Shown: piece after piece, positions 1 through 9,161 of the stretch | Layout: every line of letters starts with the position of its first letter | How positions within the stretch are numbered: position 1 is the stretch's first letter | IMG/VR virus record: IMGVR_UViG_3300035199_000797 | Coordinates: 1-59,920 of that record | Origin: a virus | Taxonomy: Duplodnaviria > Caudoviricetes | DNA: 59,920 nucleotides | Reading direction: 5' to 3' (one strand) | Program-made: the position numbers and the translations under genes | Notes under the pieces: generated by a model | Told to the model about the DNA's origin: nothing | Seen by the model: the letters and a program-made list of their open reading frames with translations, nothing else | Database searches by the model: none

Positions 1-148
1 CGCCCTGGTCAGACAAAAAGCCGCCGAACAGGCGGTGCGCGGCGCCGGCTGAACCAGCCTGGCAATTCGGCCGCCTGACGACCGCCCCAACGATCCCCAC
101 GGGCCCCTTGACGCGCCGCCGCCCGCCGGTTATTTCTGCCCCGTCCGC

Positions 149-224
149 GTCCCCATCGTCTAGTGGCCCAGGACGCCGGCCTCTCACGCCGGAAACAGGG
201 GTTCGACTCCCCTTGGGGACGCCA
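149..224 (+). tRNA. tRNA-Glu (anticodon CTC), prophage integration target
   Basis: GTCCCCA/TGGGGAC acceptor stem, anticodon arm CCGGC-CTCTCAC-GCCGG, GTTCGA T-loop, 3' CCA. Confidence 0.97.
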
Positions 225-225
225 G
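179..225 (+). repeat. attL core (47 bp)
   Basis: Identical to 59794-59840; extends to 53 bp with one mismatch. Confidence 0.95.
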
Positions 226-250
226 TTTTCTGCCAAAAACGAAAAGCAAT

Positions 251-276
251 TTGCGACTTGCGACTAATTTGCGACT
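251..276 (+). promoter_or_regulatory. Putative integrase arm-type binding sites
   Basis: Three TTGCGACT repeats; TTGCGACTAATTT (258-270) recurs inverted at 59753-59765 beside attR. Confidence 0.6.
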
Positions 277-279
277 TTT

Positions 280-1371
280 TCATTCGTCGCTCTCATCGAT
301 CTTTTTTCGCGCCCGTTTTGCCGCTTCCCGGCCAGGCTTCACATAGGTCTCCAAAACCGGCGAATTTAATTTGTGACCGCTGAAGGAAACGATCTCTGCC
401 ATGGTCGCGCCCTTGTTCCCCATGTTGGTCAAAGCGGTGGTTCTGAGATCGTGGAATGTCAGGCTGCGCTCCAGGCCGGCCCACTTGCATGCCCTCCTGA
501 AAGCCTTCCCGAACGCGTTCTTGTCCTTGTACGGTTGCGTCGTCATTTCGTTGACGATGATGTGCGTGTGGAAGCGGTTGATGCCGTCGAGCATGGTCCG
601 CGTTTTGTCGGCCAGCGGGATCCACAGCTCTTTGCCGCCGCGCCTCTTCTTTTGCGTCACCGTAAACCCGCCCTCGGAATATTGATCCCAGGTTAGGGCG
701 AGAATGTCCTGCTGTGGCAGGCTGGTGTCGAACGCAATCTGTGTTGCCAGCGCGATCGATGGCCTGGACGGCGCGATGTTGCCTTGCTCCGATTTGTGCG
801 AGGTCATCGCGGCTGCGATCACGCGATCTACTTCCCATTGTGTCCAGATCACGTTCCGGCCTGCCGGGCTCTCCATTTTGAAGCCGTACATTGGATGGGT
901 ATCGATGATCTCCAATTCCAGAGCATACGAAAACAGCCGGTGAACCCACTTCATGATCTTGCGGGCTTTGTGGGCCGATCCTTCGATGCGGAGATCATTG
1001 TAGAGGGCGCGCAGATGGCTGCGTCGAATTGCCTTCACGCGCACTTTGCCCACCTCGGCGGCAAACACCCGGAACGCATAATCGATCTCTTGCTGGGTCC
1101 GCGGCGCTTTCGTTCCATACCACGTGGGGTCTTTTTCAAATCGCCCTATCAGCCAGTTGATATCGCCTTTTGGGACGGCGACCAGCGGGTTCGCTTTCAG
1201 GGCATCCCACTCGGCATTGTAGGCGGTGACCTTCGCGACGGCCGCTTTGTGGTCCTCCCCAATCGTTTCGCTACGGTAGCCTGCTTCGCGCATAGCCGGT
1301 GATGGCGTGAAGCGGTAAACCTCGCGCTGGTCCACCGTGGTCCATTTCCGCAAATGCCTGGTCTTTTTCAT
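280..1371 (-). CDS. int: Tyrosine recombinase (phage integrase)
   Basis: HDLR, SGH and C-terminal catalytic Y motifs; adjacent to att; box I Arg position reads Pro. Confidence 0.93.
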   Translation of the reverse strand: MKKTRHLRKWTTVDQREVYRFTPSPAMREAGYRSETIGEDHKAAVAKVTAYNAEWDALKANPLVAVPKGDINWLIGRFEKDPTWYGTKAPRTQQEIDYAFRVFAAEVGKVRVKAIRRSHLRALYNDLRIEGSAHKARKIMKWVHRLFSYALELEIIDTHPMYGFKMESPAGRNVIWTQWEVDRVIAAAMTSHKSEQGNIAPSRPSIALATQIAFDTSLPQQDILALTWDQYSEGGFTVTQKKRRGGKELWIPLADKTRTMLDGINRFHTHIIVNEMTTQPYKDKNAFGKAFRRACKWAGLERSLTFHDLRTTALTNMGNKGATMAEIVSFSGHKLNSPVLETYVKPGREAAKRARKKIDESDE

Positions 1372-1598
1372 CCCGCCATCCCCATCCGTTTTTCGAATGC
1401 CAGTAGATGAGGATCAGTCTGCGCCTCTTCTGTCTCGCCTCGCAAGACGGCGTCCAGCTGCGGAACGCTCCATCGCTGCGGCCTGCTGCGCTTGGTAATC
1501 GGTCCCGGCCAGACACCTTGCTTGACCTCACGGCGGAACTGGGCGGCTGATGAACAGCCTACGTGCTTTGCCGCCAGTTCTGCCGAGACCGCGGTCAT
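1368..1598 (-). CDS. Excisionase / AlpA-like small DNA-binding protein
   Basis: Short basic wHTH-like ORF (FRREVKQGVWPGP...RWS) overlapping the int start by 4 bp. Confidence 0.7.
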   Translation of the reverse strand: MTAVSAELAAKHVGCSSAAQFRREVKQGVWPGPITKRSRPQRWSVPQLDAVLRGETEEAQTDPHLLAFEKRMGMAG

Positions 1599-1600
1599 GG

Positions 1601-2185
1601 CTATCCGGCCTTCTCCACTGTGGGCGGGATCCAGGTGATAAGCCAACCTGAGAACGGAAGCCCGTGGGTCTTCTCGAACCAGGCCAGCATTTCCGCGGCG
1701 TCGGCAAAGCCGTCCTTGCTCGCCATCGCCTCCGAGTCCGCCATCTTGAAAGTATCGCCATCGTGCGCCACCGCTACGTCAAGGTGGCCGTCGCTGGTGC
1801 ACCGCATGGTGATTGGGAGCACCGACAGGCACTGGACCTCCGCGAGCAACCGGCAAGCCTTCGTCCGCATCCCGGTGTAGAGTTTGAGGGGAGCGCCTGG
1901 CGTGGCGGGCATGCGGCCATCTTTTCGTTCGGCCCGGATGGTCTGCCGCTTGGCGCCGCTCTCGACCAACGGCGCAAACCGCTGTTGGAAATTCAGGGCT
2001 GGCATTTGTCTCTCCCTTTCCTTTCGCGCCGCGGCCCGCTTTGCGGCGATGGTCACGCGGTCATAATCGCGCTTGCAGGGAACACACCAGTTAAGCAGTT
2101 TCCCGTTCGCCCGCGTCCGGAACTGATCCCGTGGTCTGGCCTTGTCACATCTGGTGCATATGATCACGCCGGCGAATTCGCTCAT
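1601..2185 (-). CDS. ASCH-domain protein with N-terminal CxxC-CxxC zinc finger
   Basis: LNFQQRFAPLVESGAKRQTIR ASCH signature; CTRC/CVPC. Confidence 0.75.
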   Translation of the reverse strand: MSEFAGVIICTRCDKARPRDQFRTRANGKLLNWCVPCKRDYDRVTIAAKRAAARKERERQMPALNFQQRFAPLVESGAKRQTIRAERKDGRMPATPGAPLKLYTGMRTKACRLLAEVQCLSVLPITMRCTSDGHLDVAVAHDGDTFKMADSEAMASKDGFADAAEMLAWFEKTHGLPFSGWLITWIPPTVEKAG

Positions 2186-2235
2186 GTGTCGCTCCCTGGG
2201 GACGTATTTATCGCTAGCCAATCGACAACCAGCGC

Positions 2236-3033
2236 GTGAGGCGGCAAAATGACGACATGATAAGAATTGTTAGAGAGGCGTTCTGGTTCTGGGATATCCG
2301 GTGGACAGTTTCCGCTCTCTACATTGCTGTGATGTGGCTGATTAGTTGGTTTTCCAAACCGGAATTCCGCGCTTGGTTTGGCTGGCCTAGTTGGTGGCTT
2401 GAAATTGTCGACGAACCGGAGGCCCTGGGTTCTTTCCTTGGCACAGCAGTCGGCGGCCTTTTTGTTGCCGTCGCCGCCGGCATCGGTTTTTGGGGCGTCA
2501 AACACTCGACCATGACGGAAGACCGCCGACAACGTGAGGCCCAGGAAAGGCGTGCACACAGCGTTAGCGCCGCATTGGAGGGCGATCTCCTTAATTTGGC
2601 CTCTGTTTATGAGACGCTCGCTAAGAATATAGTCAGGACAGATGATTTTGGTGATGCAAAATTGGCGCCGGCAGCATTGCAGTCGTTGCAAGGTGATCGC
2701 ATATTTGACCAGTTTGTAGACCGTCTGGGGGAGGTTCACCCCGAAATTCTGCCATACCTCTTGAACGTTTACCAAACCCGGGGAATCCGGATCGAAGAAA
2801 TAAAGTTTGCAAATGCTATGGAGGAAGGGCCTGGACGCAACGACATGTTTGGCAAAGTCGGATTGAAATTGATCTACGCAGGTTTGTTCGCGCGATCTGT
2901 CGCCGAGAATTTGAAGGCTGCGAGGCAACAATATGATATACTGGACTTTGCAGCTGCGGACATCCGTGAGAGTGCAGTGCAGGCAAGGCTCGTGGAACTG
3001 CGCGCAAAGAACGATGACGACGACGTAGAATGA
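2236..3033 (+). CDS. Membrane-anchored hypothetical protein (moron)
   Basis: Opposite strand to flanking early genes; two N-terminal hydrophobic segments. Confidence 0.6.
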   Translation: MRRQNDDMIRIVREAFWFWDIRWTVSALYIAVMWLISWFSKPEFRAWFGWPSWWLEIVDEPEALGSFLGTAVGGLFVAVAAGIGFWGVKHSTMTEDRRQREAQERRAHSVSAALEGDLLNLASVYETLAKNIVRTDDFGDAKLAPAALQSLQGDRIFDQFVDRLGEVHPEILPYLLNVYQTRGIRIEEIKFANAMEEGPGRNDMFGKVGLKLIYAGLFARSVAENLKAARQQYDILDFAAADIRESAVQARLVELRAKNDDDDVE

Positions 3034-3288
3034 CATCATCTCTCTTCCTGCAGTATCCCGCTCACTAATGCTCGCGGTTCTTCGATCCACGTTTCAAGCT
3101 CCATTGCCTAGCTCCTTACCGAAGTTGTGAAAATGGGCGATGTATCTGGGCGACTATTCGGGCTCTGTCGCCCTTGCTGGTAATTTCAACCCGTTCAATC
3201 GATCTAGCGTGGCGGGCATGAAGTTTGCAATGTCTCGTTTGCCCAGCCGGTTGCACTCGGGCAGCAACTCCCAGCGCATCTTTATCAA

Positions 3289-4125
3289 TCATTGCGCTGG
3301 CTCCATTCCGGCCGGAAACTCCTGGTGCTCTACACCATCGAGTAGATGACCGGCGCGGGACTTGCCGACTTTCCAATATTCTCCATCACGCCTCAGATCC
3401 GGGGCAATCGTTGCTGTATCGATGATCTGATTGCTTGGCATCCATTCCCCCCATTGTTTCATAAAGAACGGAACGCCAGCCGCTTTGCACTGATCCCGCA
3501 ATGACCGTGCCCATTCGGGATGCATTGGCCGGGCGTTCGGACCGCTTTCGCCGCCACAAATGGCCCAGCCGATGTAATCCAGCCAGGGCGCCCAATCGAC
3601 TGGCCCCAAGGCAGGTTCGTAGCTTACGAAAGTTTTCCAGCCATTAATGGCCAACGTCTTTATCGCCGGCAATCGGAGACGCGCCATCTTGTCGTTTTCC
3701 ACCGTGACGCCGATGCGCACGTTCGGCATGGGCGTCTCTGGCAAATATTTGCGCAACAGGGCATGGCGCTTGGAGAGCAACAACCAGTCCAGATCTGGCG
3801 TCTCGTTGATACGGCCCAACAACCTTGTGCGCCATGCCCGGGGAACTTCCTTATCGGCCCAATCGGCGAGAGAGGCGCAGAACACCCGCCGCCGCCGCCC
3901 ATGTTCTGCCATGAAGGCCGGAGCCTGGCGCTGCCATTTCAACGGCTTCTTCCAATTGGCGTCCGAGGTTAGCCGGCGCGGCCGGCCATGACCCCATTGC
4001 ACGGTCTGGAACCTGTTGGCCCGGGCCTCTGCATAACAGTGATCGCAGGCCGGGCTGACCGCGGTGCAGCCCTCCCATGGATTCCATGTGGCGTCCGTCC
4101 ACTCGATGTTGCTTTGCTCAGCCAT
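3289..4125 (-). CDS. Phage Gp37/Gp68 (DUF5131) family protein
   Basis: IEWTDATWNPWEGC..SPACDHCYAE, GGESG and FFMKQWG motifs. Confidence 0.9.
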   Translation of the reverse strand: MAEQSNIEWTDATWNPWEGCTAVSPACDHCYAEARANRFQTVQWGHGRPRRLTSDANWKKPLKWQRQAPAFMAEHGRRRRVFCASLADWADKEVPRAWRTRLLGRINETPDLDWLLLSKRHALLRKYLPETPMPNVRIGVTVENDKMARLRLPAIKTLAINGWKTFVSYEPALGPVDWAPWLDYIGWAICGGESGPNARPMHPEWARSLRDQCKAAGVPFFMKQWGEWMPSNQIIDTATIAPDLRRDGEYWKVGKSRAGHLLDGVEHQEFPAGMEPAQ

Positions 4126-4473
4126 CTACCGCTCCATTTCCCGCCGCAGCCGTTGCACGGCCGGCGATCGCTTCGCTAGGTCTTCGGCTATGGCCTTCAT
4201 GTTGATGCCGTGCAGGGCCTCGAATGACGCGCGGCCCTTGTGAACCCGTTCATGATGGTAGACACACATGGGCACCGTTTCATCGTCACCACCGCCAGCG
4301 CCTCTGCTGATGACGTGATGGGCCTGGATTTTGCCCGTGCATTTATCAGGCTCCTTCGCCTTGCCGACGCACTCAAAGCCGCGCACGAACTGAAGGTGCG
4401 CCTGGCATTCAATGCGGGTGGTATTCCGCTTGATGCCGGACCTAGGCGGCTTGCGGCGGGCGAGATGTGTCAT
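4126..4473 (-). CDS. HNH-like nuclease (DUF968-like)
   Basis: HLQFVRGFEC...AHH...PMCVYHH. Confidence 0.65.
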   Translation of the reverse strand: MTHLARRKPPRSGIKRNTTRIECQAHLQFVRGFECVGKAKEPDKCTGKIQAHHVISRGAGGGDDETVPMCVYHHERVHKGRASFEALHGINMKAIAEDLAKRSPAVQRLRREMER

Positions 4474-5075
4474 GCCGCCAGTTCCCTCTGCGCCGCTTCC
4501 CATGCAAGATTCAATTCAGCCATCTGTTCCTTTGTGCCGCCATTGTCTGGATGATGTAGCCGTGCGCGATTGCGGTAGGCGCTCTTGGCATCGTCCAGGG
4601 TGCGTATTGCATCGCCATTGGAGGGTGACAGAACCGTCCGCCAAGGCTTCTTTTGCCCTGGTGGGGGCAGTGCCTCAAAGCCCGCGAAAGCCCGCTCAAG
4701 CATGGTTGCCCCGCCGTGGCGCTCCATCTGACGCATGCCCGAGATAGCCAGAGCCAAGGCGTTGATGTTGGCTTCCGGCTGCCACCATGTGTCGTGCGCC
4801 ATGACGAGCTGGCGATCGTCCCGCATGAAATGTACGGCAACGCCTGAATCGTCTGGGAGCCTCTGGTTGCTGCGGGGCAGGCCATCGTTGCGAAGTTCAA
4901 GATTGCTGGAAATCACCACGTGTCGGGCTCCCAAAAGGCGAAGTTCATTCAACAGGCGTTCGCGCGCCTTGGCGATTGTAAGGTTGCGGCCAAACTTGGA
5001 GTATATGTGCGCCCGGTGCTCAAGGCTGGTGCGCGGCCATCCATTGGGCCAGTGGAGCGGATAGGCTTGAGTCAT
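4470..5075 (-). CDS. Phage J-domain (DnaJ-like) protein
   Basis: YPLHWPNGWPRT N-terminus; C-terminal HHPD J-domain motif. Confidence 0.85.
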   Translation of the reverse strand: MTQAYPLHWPNGWPRTSLEHRAHIYSKFGRNLTIAKARERLLNELRLLGARHVVISSNLELRNDGLPRSNQRLPDDSGVAVHFMRDDRQLVMAHDTWWQPEANINALALAISGMRQMERHGGATMLERAFAGFEALPPPGQKKPWRTVLSPSNGDAIRTLDDAKSAYRNRARLHHPDNGGTKEQMAELNLAWEAAQRELAA

Positions 5076-6157
5076 GACGCAGCCTTCTCCAATTCCGCTT
5101 TCCGTGTAGCGTAGAAACCCCGAAGCTCCGTCACCGCTTCATCCGGCATGGCGACGAAATGCACTTCGTAGACCCGCAGCAATAGTTCCAGACTCCCGGC
5201 GTTATCGGCAACGGCGAACGCCTGCATGGCTTCATCGTACTTGGCCTTCCAGGGTTCCGGAGCGTTGGCCAGTTCGTCCTCTACCGCGTCCATGGCCGCT
5301 TGGTGGGCTGTGCCATCGGTCGAGGCATCGTCTTCGGCTTGAGTGGTGCTCTGGTTAAGCTCCGCCGCGATCTCGCCGCCGGTGTCGGTTTGGAACTCAT
5401 CTGAGACATTGGATTCACCACGCTGCAACGAGCCGTAGACCACACGCAGGGCGCCGATATCGTTGGCGGTGAGCCTGTCTGCCGCATGGCCGATCTTCGC
5501 CTCAATCTGGACGCGCGTGATACCCATGGCGGCGAAGGCTTGTAGAAGTTTCTCCCGGCGTATCTCGATGGGCACACCGCCACCGTCCTGCAGGGTCGAC
5601 ATGCACGTGGCCTTGGCTTCTTCGACGAAGGCCTTCGGCACCACCTTCAATATGCACTCACGCAGCCGCCGCGCGCCGGCGTTGGCGTTGTTTTCGTAGA
5701 TGTCTCGCATGTCGACCAGGGTTTGAGGTCCACCGCGCTTGTCCCGCTTGTGGGGCACGATGAAGGTATTGACGGCCTTGGTGTTGGTTTCCAGATCCCA
5801 GGCATAGGTGAGCATTTCGGACTCACCTTTTTGATCGTTGCGGCTCAACTCCGAGACGCCATAATCGATGTTGCCCCAACATCGGGCCAGCTCCGTAGCC
5901 AGATGGATAGACGGCCCGCTGACCTGTGAGCCGCCCCGGTTGAAACGGAAGAAGGCAAGATCGGCCAGGGCCTGCACCTGGCAGCCTTCCCGCATCCGGT
6001 CCCATGCGGCAAGGGTGTCCCGGGGCCGTTCCTGAGCAACCACCAGGGCGCCTTGTACTTGGGCAATGGCGCGGCTCTGTTCGATATGGGTGGCCTGGCT
6101 TGCCGGCGCCGGCGTTGGATTGGTCAGGTCGCCTTTGGCCATGGGGGCGTCGTTCAT
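5072..6157 (-). CDS. Probable ssDNA-annealing / recombination protein
   Basis: Coupled downstream of the exonuclease; GPSIHLATELARCWGNI motif; start at MNDAP. Confidence 0.6.
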   Translation of the reverse strand: MNDAPMAKGDLTNPTPAPASQATHIEQSRAIAQVQGALVVAQERPRDTLAAWDRMREGCQVQALADLAFFRFNRGGSQVSGPSIHLATELARCWGNIDYGVSELSRNDQKGESEMLTYAWDLETNTKAVNTFIVPHKRDKRGGPQTLVDMRDIYENNANAGARRLRECILKVVPKAFVEEAKATCMSTLQDGGGVPIEIRREKLLQAFAAMGITRVQIEAKIGHAADRLTANDIGALRVVYGSLQRGESNVSDEFQTDTGGEIAAELNQSTTQAEDDASTDGTAHQAAMDAVEDELANAPEPWKAKYDEAMQAFAVADNAGSLELLLRVYEVHFVAMPDEAVTELRGFYATRKAELEKAAS

Positions 6158-7149
6158 GCTGTGGCTCCGTTCTCTGGTGTGGGATTGCCTGTTGCGAAGT
6201 CGCCGCGCTCGCTGCGTTCGGTCAGCTGATAGGCGGCGTATTGCGGCAGACCTAAGGTGATGATGTCGTCGGCATAACCGGGCCAGTTGCCGGTATCCAG
6301 GCACCGCGCGAAGACCTCGCGGGCCTTGTGGTTCTGGATCTTCGCCCATGCCAACGCCTCTTCATCGGGCGTAGCGCAGGTCACCAGATAGGGCCGCTTC
6401 TTTTCCTGAAACACGAACAGGAACTTTGGGTCTTCGATCAGGCCCAAGGCGTTGATGCCGTCCAGATACCAATCCGCCTGTTGGTGATAGCCATAGTCGT
6501 ACATGGCTCTGCGGAGATAGGCGGGGTCCGCCGATCGGGTGGTTTTATAATCAGCGATGATGCGGTGCTTTTCCGGTGTGTAGTCGGGCCGGGCCCGGCA
6601 CACAATGCGATAGGCCGGATCGAGCCAGTAAAGGGATTGTTCGGCGCGGCCGTTCTGAAACGCCGCGTGGGCAAAAGGATGGGCCACCAAAGCCTTGTGC
6701 ATGCCCTTGATGATTTCGAACTGATCAAACTTGAGCGGTACCCGCCCGCTGTCTTTGATGTCTTGCACGAGAGCCTTGCCGGCCTTGGTGGTGCCATTTT
6801 GGCCCTCGGGCAGAGCTTCGAACTTTTCCTCCCAGGCATTGCCCTCAAGCAACCATTGGTGCGCCGCCTTGCCCAGGTTCAGGTCAACGGTGGGCTCGAA
6901 CGGCTGCCGGCTCTCTTCGTCGAATTTGGCGGGGCACTCATTGACGATCGTGCGGGCGCCCGACGATGACAGTGAGCGGCCCTTCAGGAAGGTATCAGCG
7001 TGATAGTCGGCTTCGGATAGGTGGTAGACGCCGGGTGTCCAAATAGAGGACTGTGCGTTGGCTGGGCGTCCCTGGCGTTGGTCTGCCGGGATCCTTTGGT
7101 CCAGGGTATCCGGTGGGAACTCGCCAAGGTCGGTGACGAGGGTGGTCAT
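6154..7149 (-). CDS. PD-(D/E)XK exonuclease VIII (RecE-like, DUF3799)
   Basis: LSSSG, G..H, CRARPD, DYKT and YHQQADWY motifs. Confidence 0.88.
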   Translation of the reverse strand: MTTLVTDLGEFPPDTLDQRIPADQRQGRPANAQSSIWTPGVYHLSEADYHADTFLKGRSLSSSGARTIVNECPAKFDEESRQPFEPTVDLNLGKAAHQWLLEGNAWEEKFEALPEGQNGTTKAGKALVQDIKDSGRVPLKFDQFEIIKGMHKALVAHPFAHAAFQNGRAEQSLYWLDPAYRIVCRARPDYTPEKHRIIADYKTTRSADPAYLRRAMYDYGYHQQADWYLDGINALGLIEDPKFLFVFQEKKRPYLVTCATPDEEALAWAKIQNHKAREVFARCLDTGNWPGYADDIITLGLPQYAAYQLTERSERGDFATGNPTPENGATA

Positions 7150-7442
7150 TGGGATGCCGTCTCCGGCGTGGCATTGGCCAGAGCTGCCTCTGTCATCGCG
7201 TACCGCTCGACGCCTACTCGGTGCAGTATGCCTTCGGCTTCAAGTTTGCGGACGCGCGCGGCGGTCATTCCAATCCCATTGTTGGGGTCGCGATCGTCGG
7301 CGGTTTCGGTGAAGTATTTCGTGAGCTTGACGGGCCGGTACAACGTTGCGCCGCCTCTGAGCGCGGCTTCAATGCGTGGCCATACATGATCGTCACCGCG
7401 CTTGGCTATGGCGCGAGAGCTTTCGCCGGTTTCCGATTTCAT
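7146..7442 (-). CDS. Hypothetical protein, possibly wHTH
   Basis: ATGA-coupled within the leftward early operon. Confidence 0.55.
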   Translation of the reverse strand: MKSETGESSRAIAKRGDDHVWPRIEAALRGGATLYRPVKLTKYFTETADDRDPNNGIGMTAARVRKLEAEGILHRVGVERYAMTEAALANATPETASQ

Positions 7443-7627
7443 CGGGCGGACTCCTGCATGCGGGCGAAATACTTGCGGGCCCGCTCTGCATCCTCTCGCG
7501 CCTGGGTCATGAGAAGACCGCGGCGCGTCCCGGTATGCGACTTCGCCGAAGCGAGGGATCGGCAGGCCGCGGTGGCCCAGAACTGATAATCAAAAGCAGC
7601 GGTTCGGCGTGTGTTGGGCAGCTTCAT
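7439..7627 (-). CDS. Hypothetical phage protein
   Basis: ATG at 7627 overlaps the upstream stop; 4-bp overlap with the next gene. Confidence 0.5.
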   Translation of the reverse strand: MKLPNTRRTAAFDYQFWATAACRSLASAKSHTGTRRGLLMTQAREDAERARKYFARMQESAR

Positions 7628-7740
7628 TGCGACACCCCGGCCATATAGATTTCCAACATCCGAGCGCCGAAGATGACCGCCAGCCAGAACGCCGGGACCA
7701 GAACGATCCCGGCGGCGAAGGTGAGGGGCCTGCGGCTCAC
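7624..7740 (-). CDS. Small single-TM protein (38 aa)
   Basis: GTG-start ORF MSRRPLTFAAGIVLVPAFWLAVIFG..., 4-bp overlaps on both sides. Confidence 0.45.
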   Translation of the reverse strand: MSRRPLTFAAGIVLVPAFWLAVIFGARMLEIYMAGVSQ

Positions 7741-8249
7741 GCCGCGGCCTCCTCACGGTTTATTGGTTGGATGGCACCATGGATGCGGGCGGCTTCCTCA
7801 AGGACCCGTTGCATGCGAACCGCCTTGCCGTTCTCGCTGGTGTCAAAATGGCCAATGACGGCTTCGGCAGCTTCTAGAGAAGCCTCGCGGATGCCCATGT
7901 CGCCGAAGTTGATATTCTCGATGGCACGGATGACGCAATGATCATGGCCGTTGCTTTCGCCCTTGGCCTGATAAATGGGTTCGCCGTTCGCCTCGCGGAT
8001 GCTCAATGCCTGGCAGCGGTCACAAGGGCAGCGGTTGGTCTGATCGCTCGCCACGTTGGCGCCGCAGTGGTACCCGGTGGGGATTGTCGCCTTGAATAAG
8101 TCCCGCGCACCCTTCACCAGCGTTTCAGCTTGCAGCACGTGATCTGCAATGATCCGGTCGTCGCTGGGGACGGTCTGCACAACAGCCGCATGAAGGTGGC
8201 CATATGCGTCGTCGAGCATCTTGAGGGCGGTTTGGGTGTTGGGGGCCAT
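7737..8249 (-). CDS. Hypothetical protein, first gene of the leftward early operon
   Basis: GGAGAG RBS upstream; Cys cluster. Confidence 0.6.
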   Translation of the reverse strand: MAPNTQTALKMLDDAYGHLHAAVVQTVPSDDRIIADHVLQAETLVKGARDLFKATIPTGYHCGANVASDQTNRCPCDRCQALSIREANGEPIYQAKGESNGHDHCVIRAIENINFGDMGIREASLEAAEAVIGHFDTSENGKAVRMQRVLEEAARIHGAIQPINREEAAA

Positions 8250-8291
8250 TTTATCTCTCCCGCTTTGGTGTTGCTGACGAGAATGAATATA

Positions 8292-8339
8292 GTCGCATTT
8301 AAATGTGAATACAACAAGATTTTCACATTAAGATGGGTT
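8292..8339. promoter_or_regulatory. Putative O_L operators
   Basis: 18-bp imperfect palindromes GTCGCATTTAAATGTGAA and TTCACATTAAGATGGGTT resembling those between cI and cro. Confidence 0.55.
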
Positions 8340-8420
8340 ATTTTATGTCGGATAGTATTTTGATGTGACCAGGTTGTTCTGAGGCTTGATTGACACCGAA
8401 TCGCGTGCGTAGACTTTTGG

Positions 8421-9161
8421 ATGAATTGGCTACACAACCTTGCGTCTATTGAGCGAAACCTGCGCAAACGCCTGGCGGCCCTTGGGCTTCATGTTGAACG
8501 CCACCATGATTTCGAACAGTTGCGGGATACCGTTGCAGCCGCGGTGACGACACCCTTTAATCCGACGTTCAACCCGGACCTGAGTGACATTGACCCTCAA
8601 AGCTGGTGGCTGGCCGCCCGTGATGGAGCCGGGGATATCGTCGCCACACATGCCGTCAGAGTATTCCGCGACAAAGATTTGGAAGTGTTGATCTGGAACG
8701 GTCTGTTGTTCTTCCGCCGCGAGGACAGGCCCCTGAACTGGTACGAGATCGCTCCCCGCCACCAGCCAACCAAGAACCGGGTGCAAGGCACGTGGTCGCA
8801 CGCCGGAGCAACCTGGGTGCGCAAAGACTGGCGAGGCAGGGGCCTCACCAGTCTATTGCCAATTCTGGATCAAATTGATTGCCTGCGCGATCCCTCAATA
8901 GGCCATGTAACCGGCATCGCTTTTCAGGAAATCGCCGGCCGTTCGATCTTGGAGAAGGGTTACGGCTTCCCACCCGAGCGCGCCGAGAAAATCCTGGACG
9001 GGCATTTCCCAGGCACAGGCCGCAAAGAAGAGCTTTGGCTGTGCCACATGCCCCGAGAAATGGCGATAGGGCATCTAACTTCCGTGTTTAGGGCCGTGAT
9101 AGAGAATGTCCGAGATGGTGATGATGTGTCGGATCTCTCCCGTACTGTCGGCGACGGGTAG
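8421..9161 (+). CDS. GNAT-fold / acyl-synthase-like protein (copy 1)
   Basis: WVRKDWRGRGL acyl-CoA-binding motif A; homologous to 56213-56932. Confidence 0.7.
   Translation: MNWLHNLASIERNLRKRLAALGLHVERHHDFEQLRDTVAAAVTTPFNPTFNPDLSDIDPQSWWLAARDGAGDIVATHAVRVFRDKDLEVLIWNGLLFFRREDRPLNWYEIAPRHQPTKNRVQGTWSHAGATWVRKDWRGRGLTSLLPILDQIDCLRDPSIGHVTGIAFQEIAGRSILEKGYGFPPERAEKILDGHFPGTGRKEELWLCHMPREMAIGHLTSVFRAVIENVRDGDDVSDLSRTVGDG

Noticed and set aside
2182-3090. 302-aa minus-strand ORF
   Set aside because: Antisense shadow of 2236-3033, which has the more protein-like composition.
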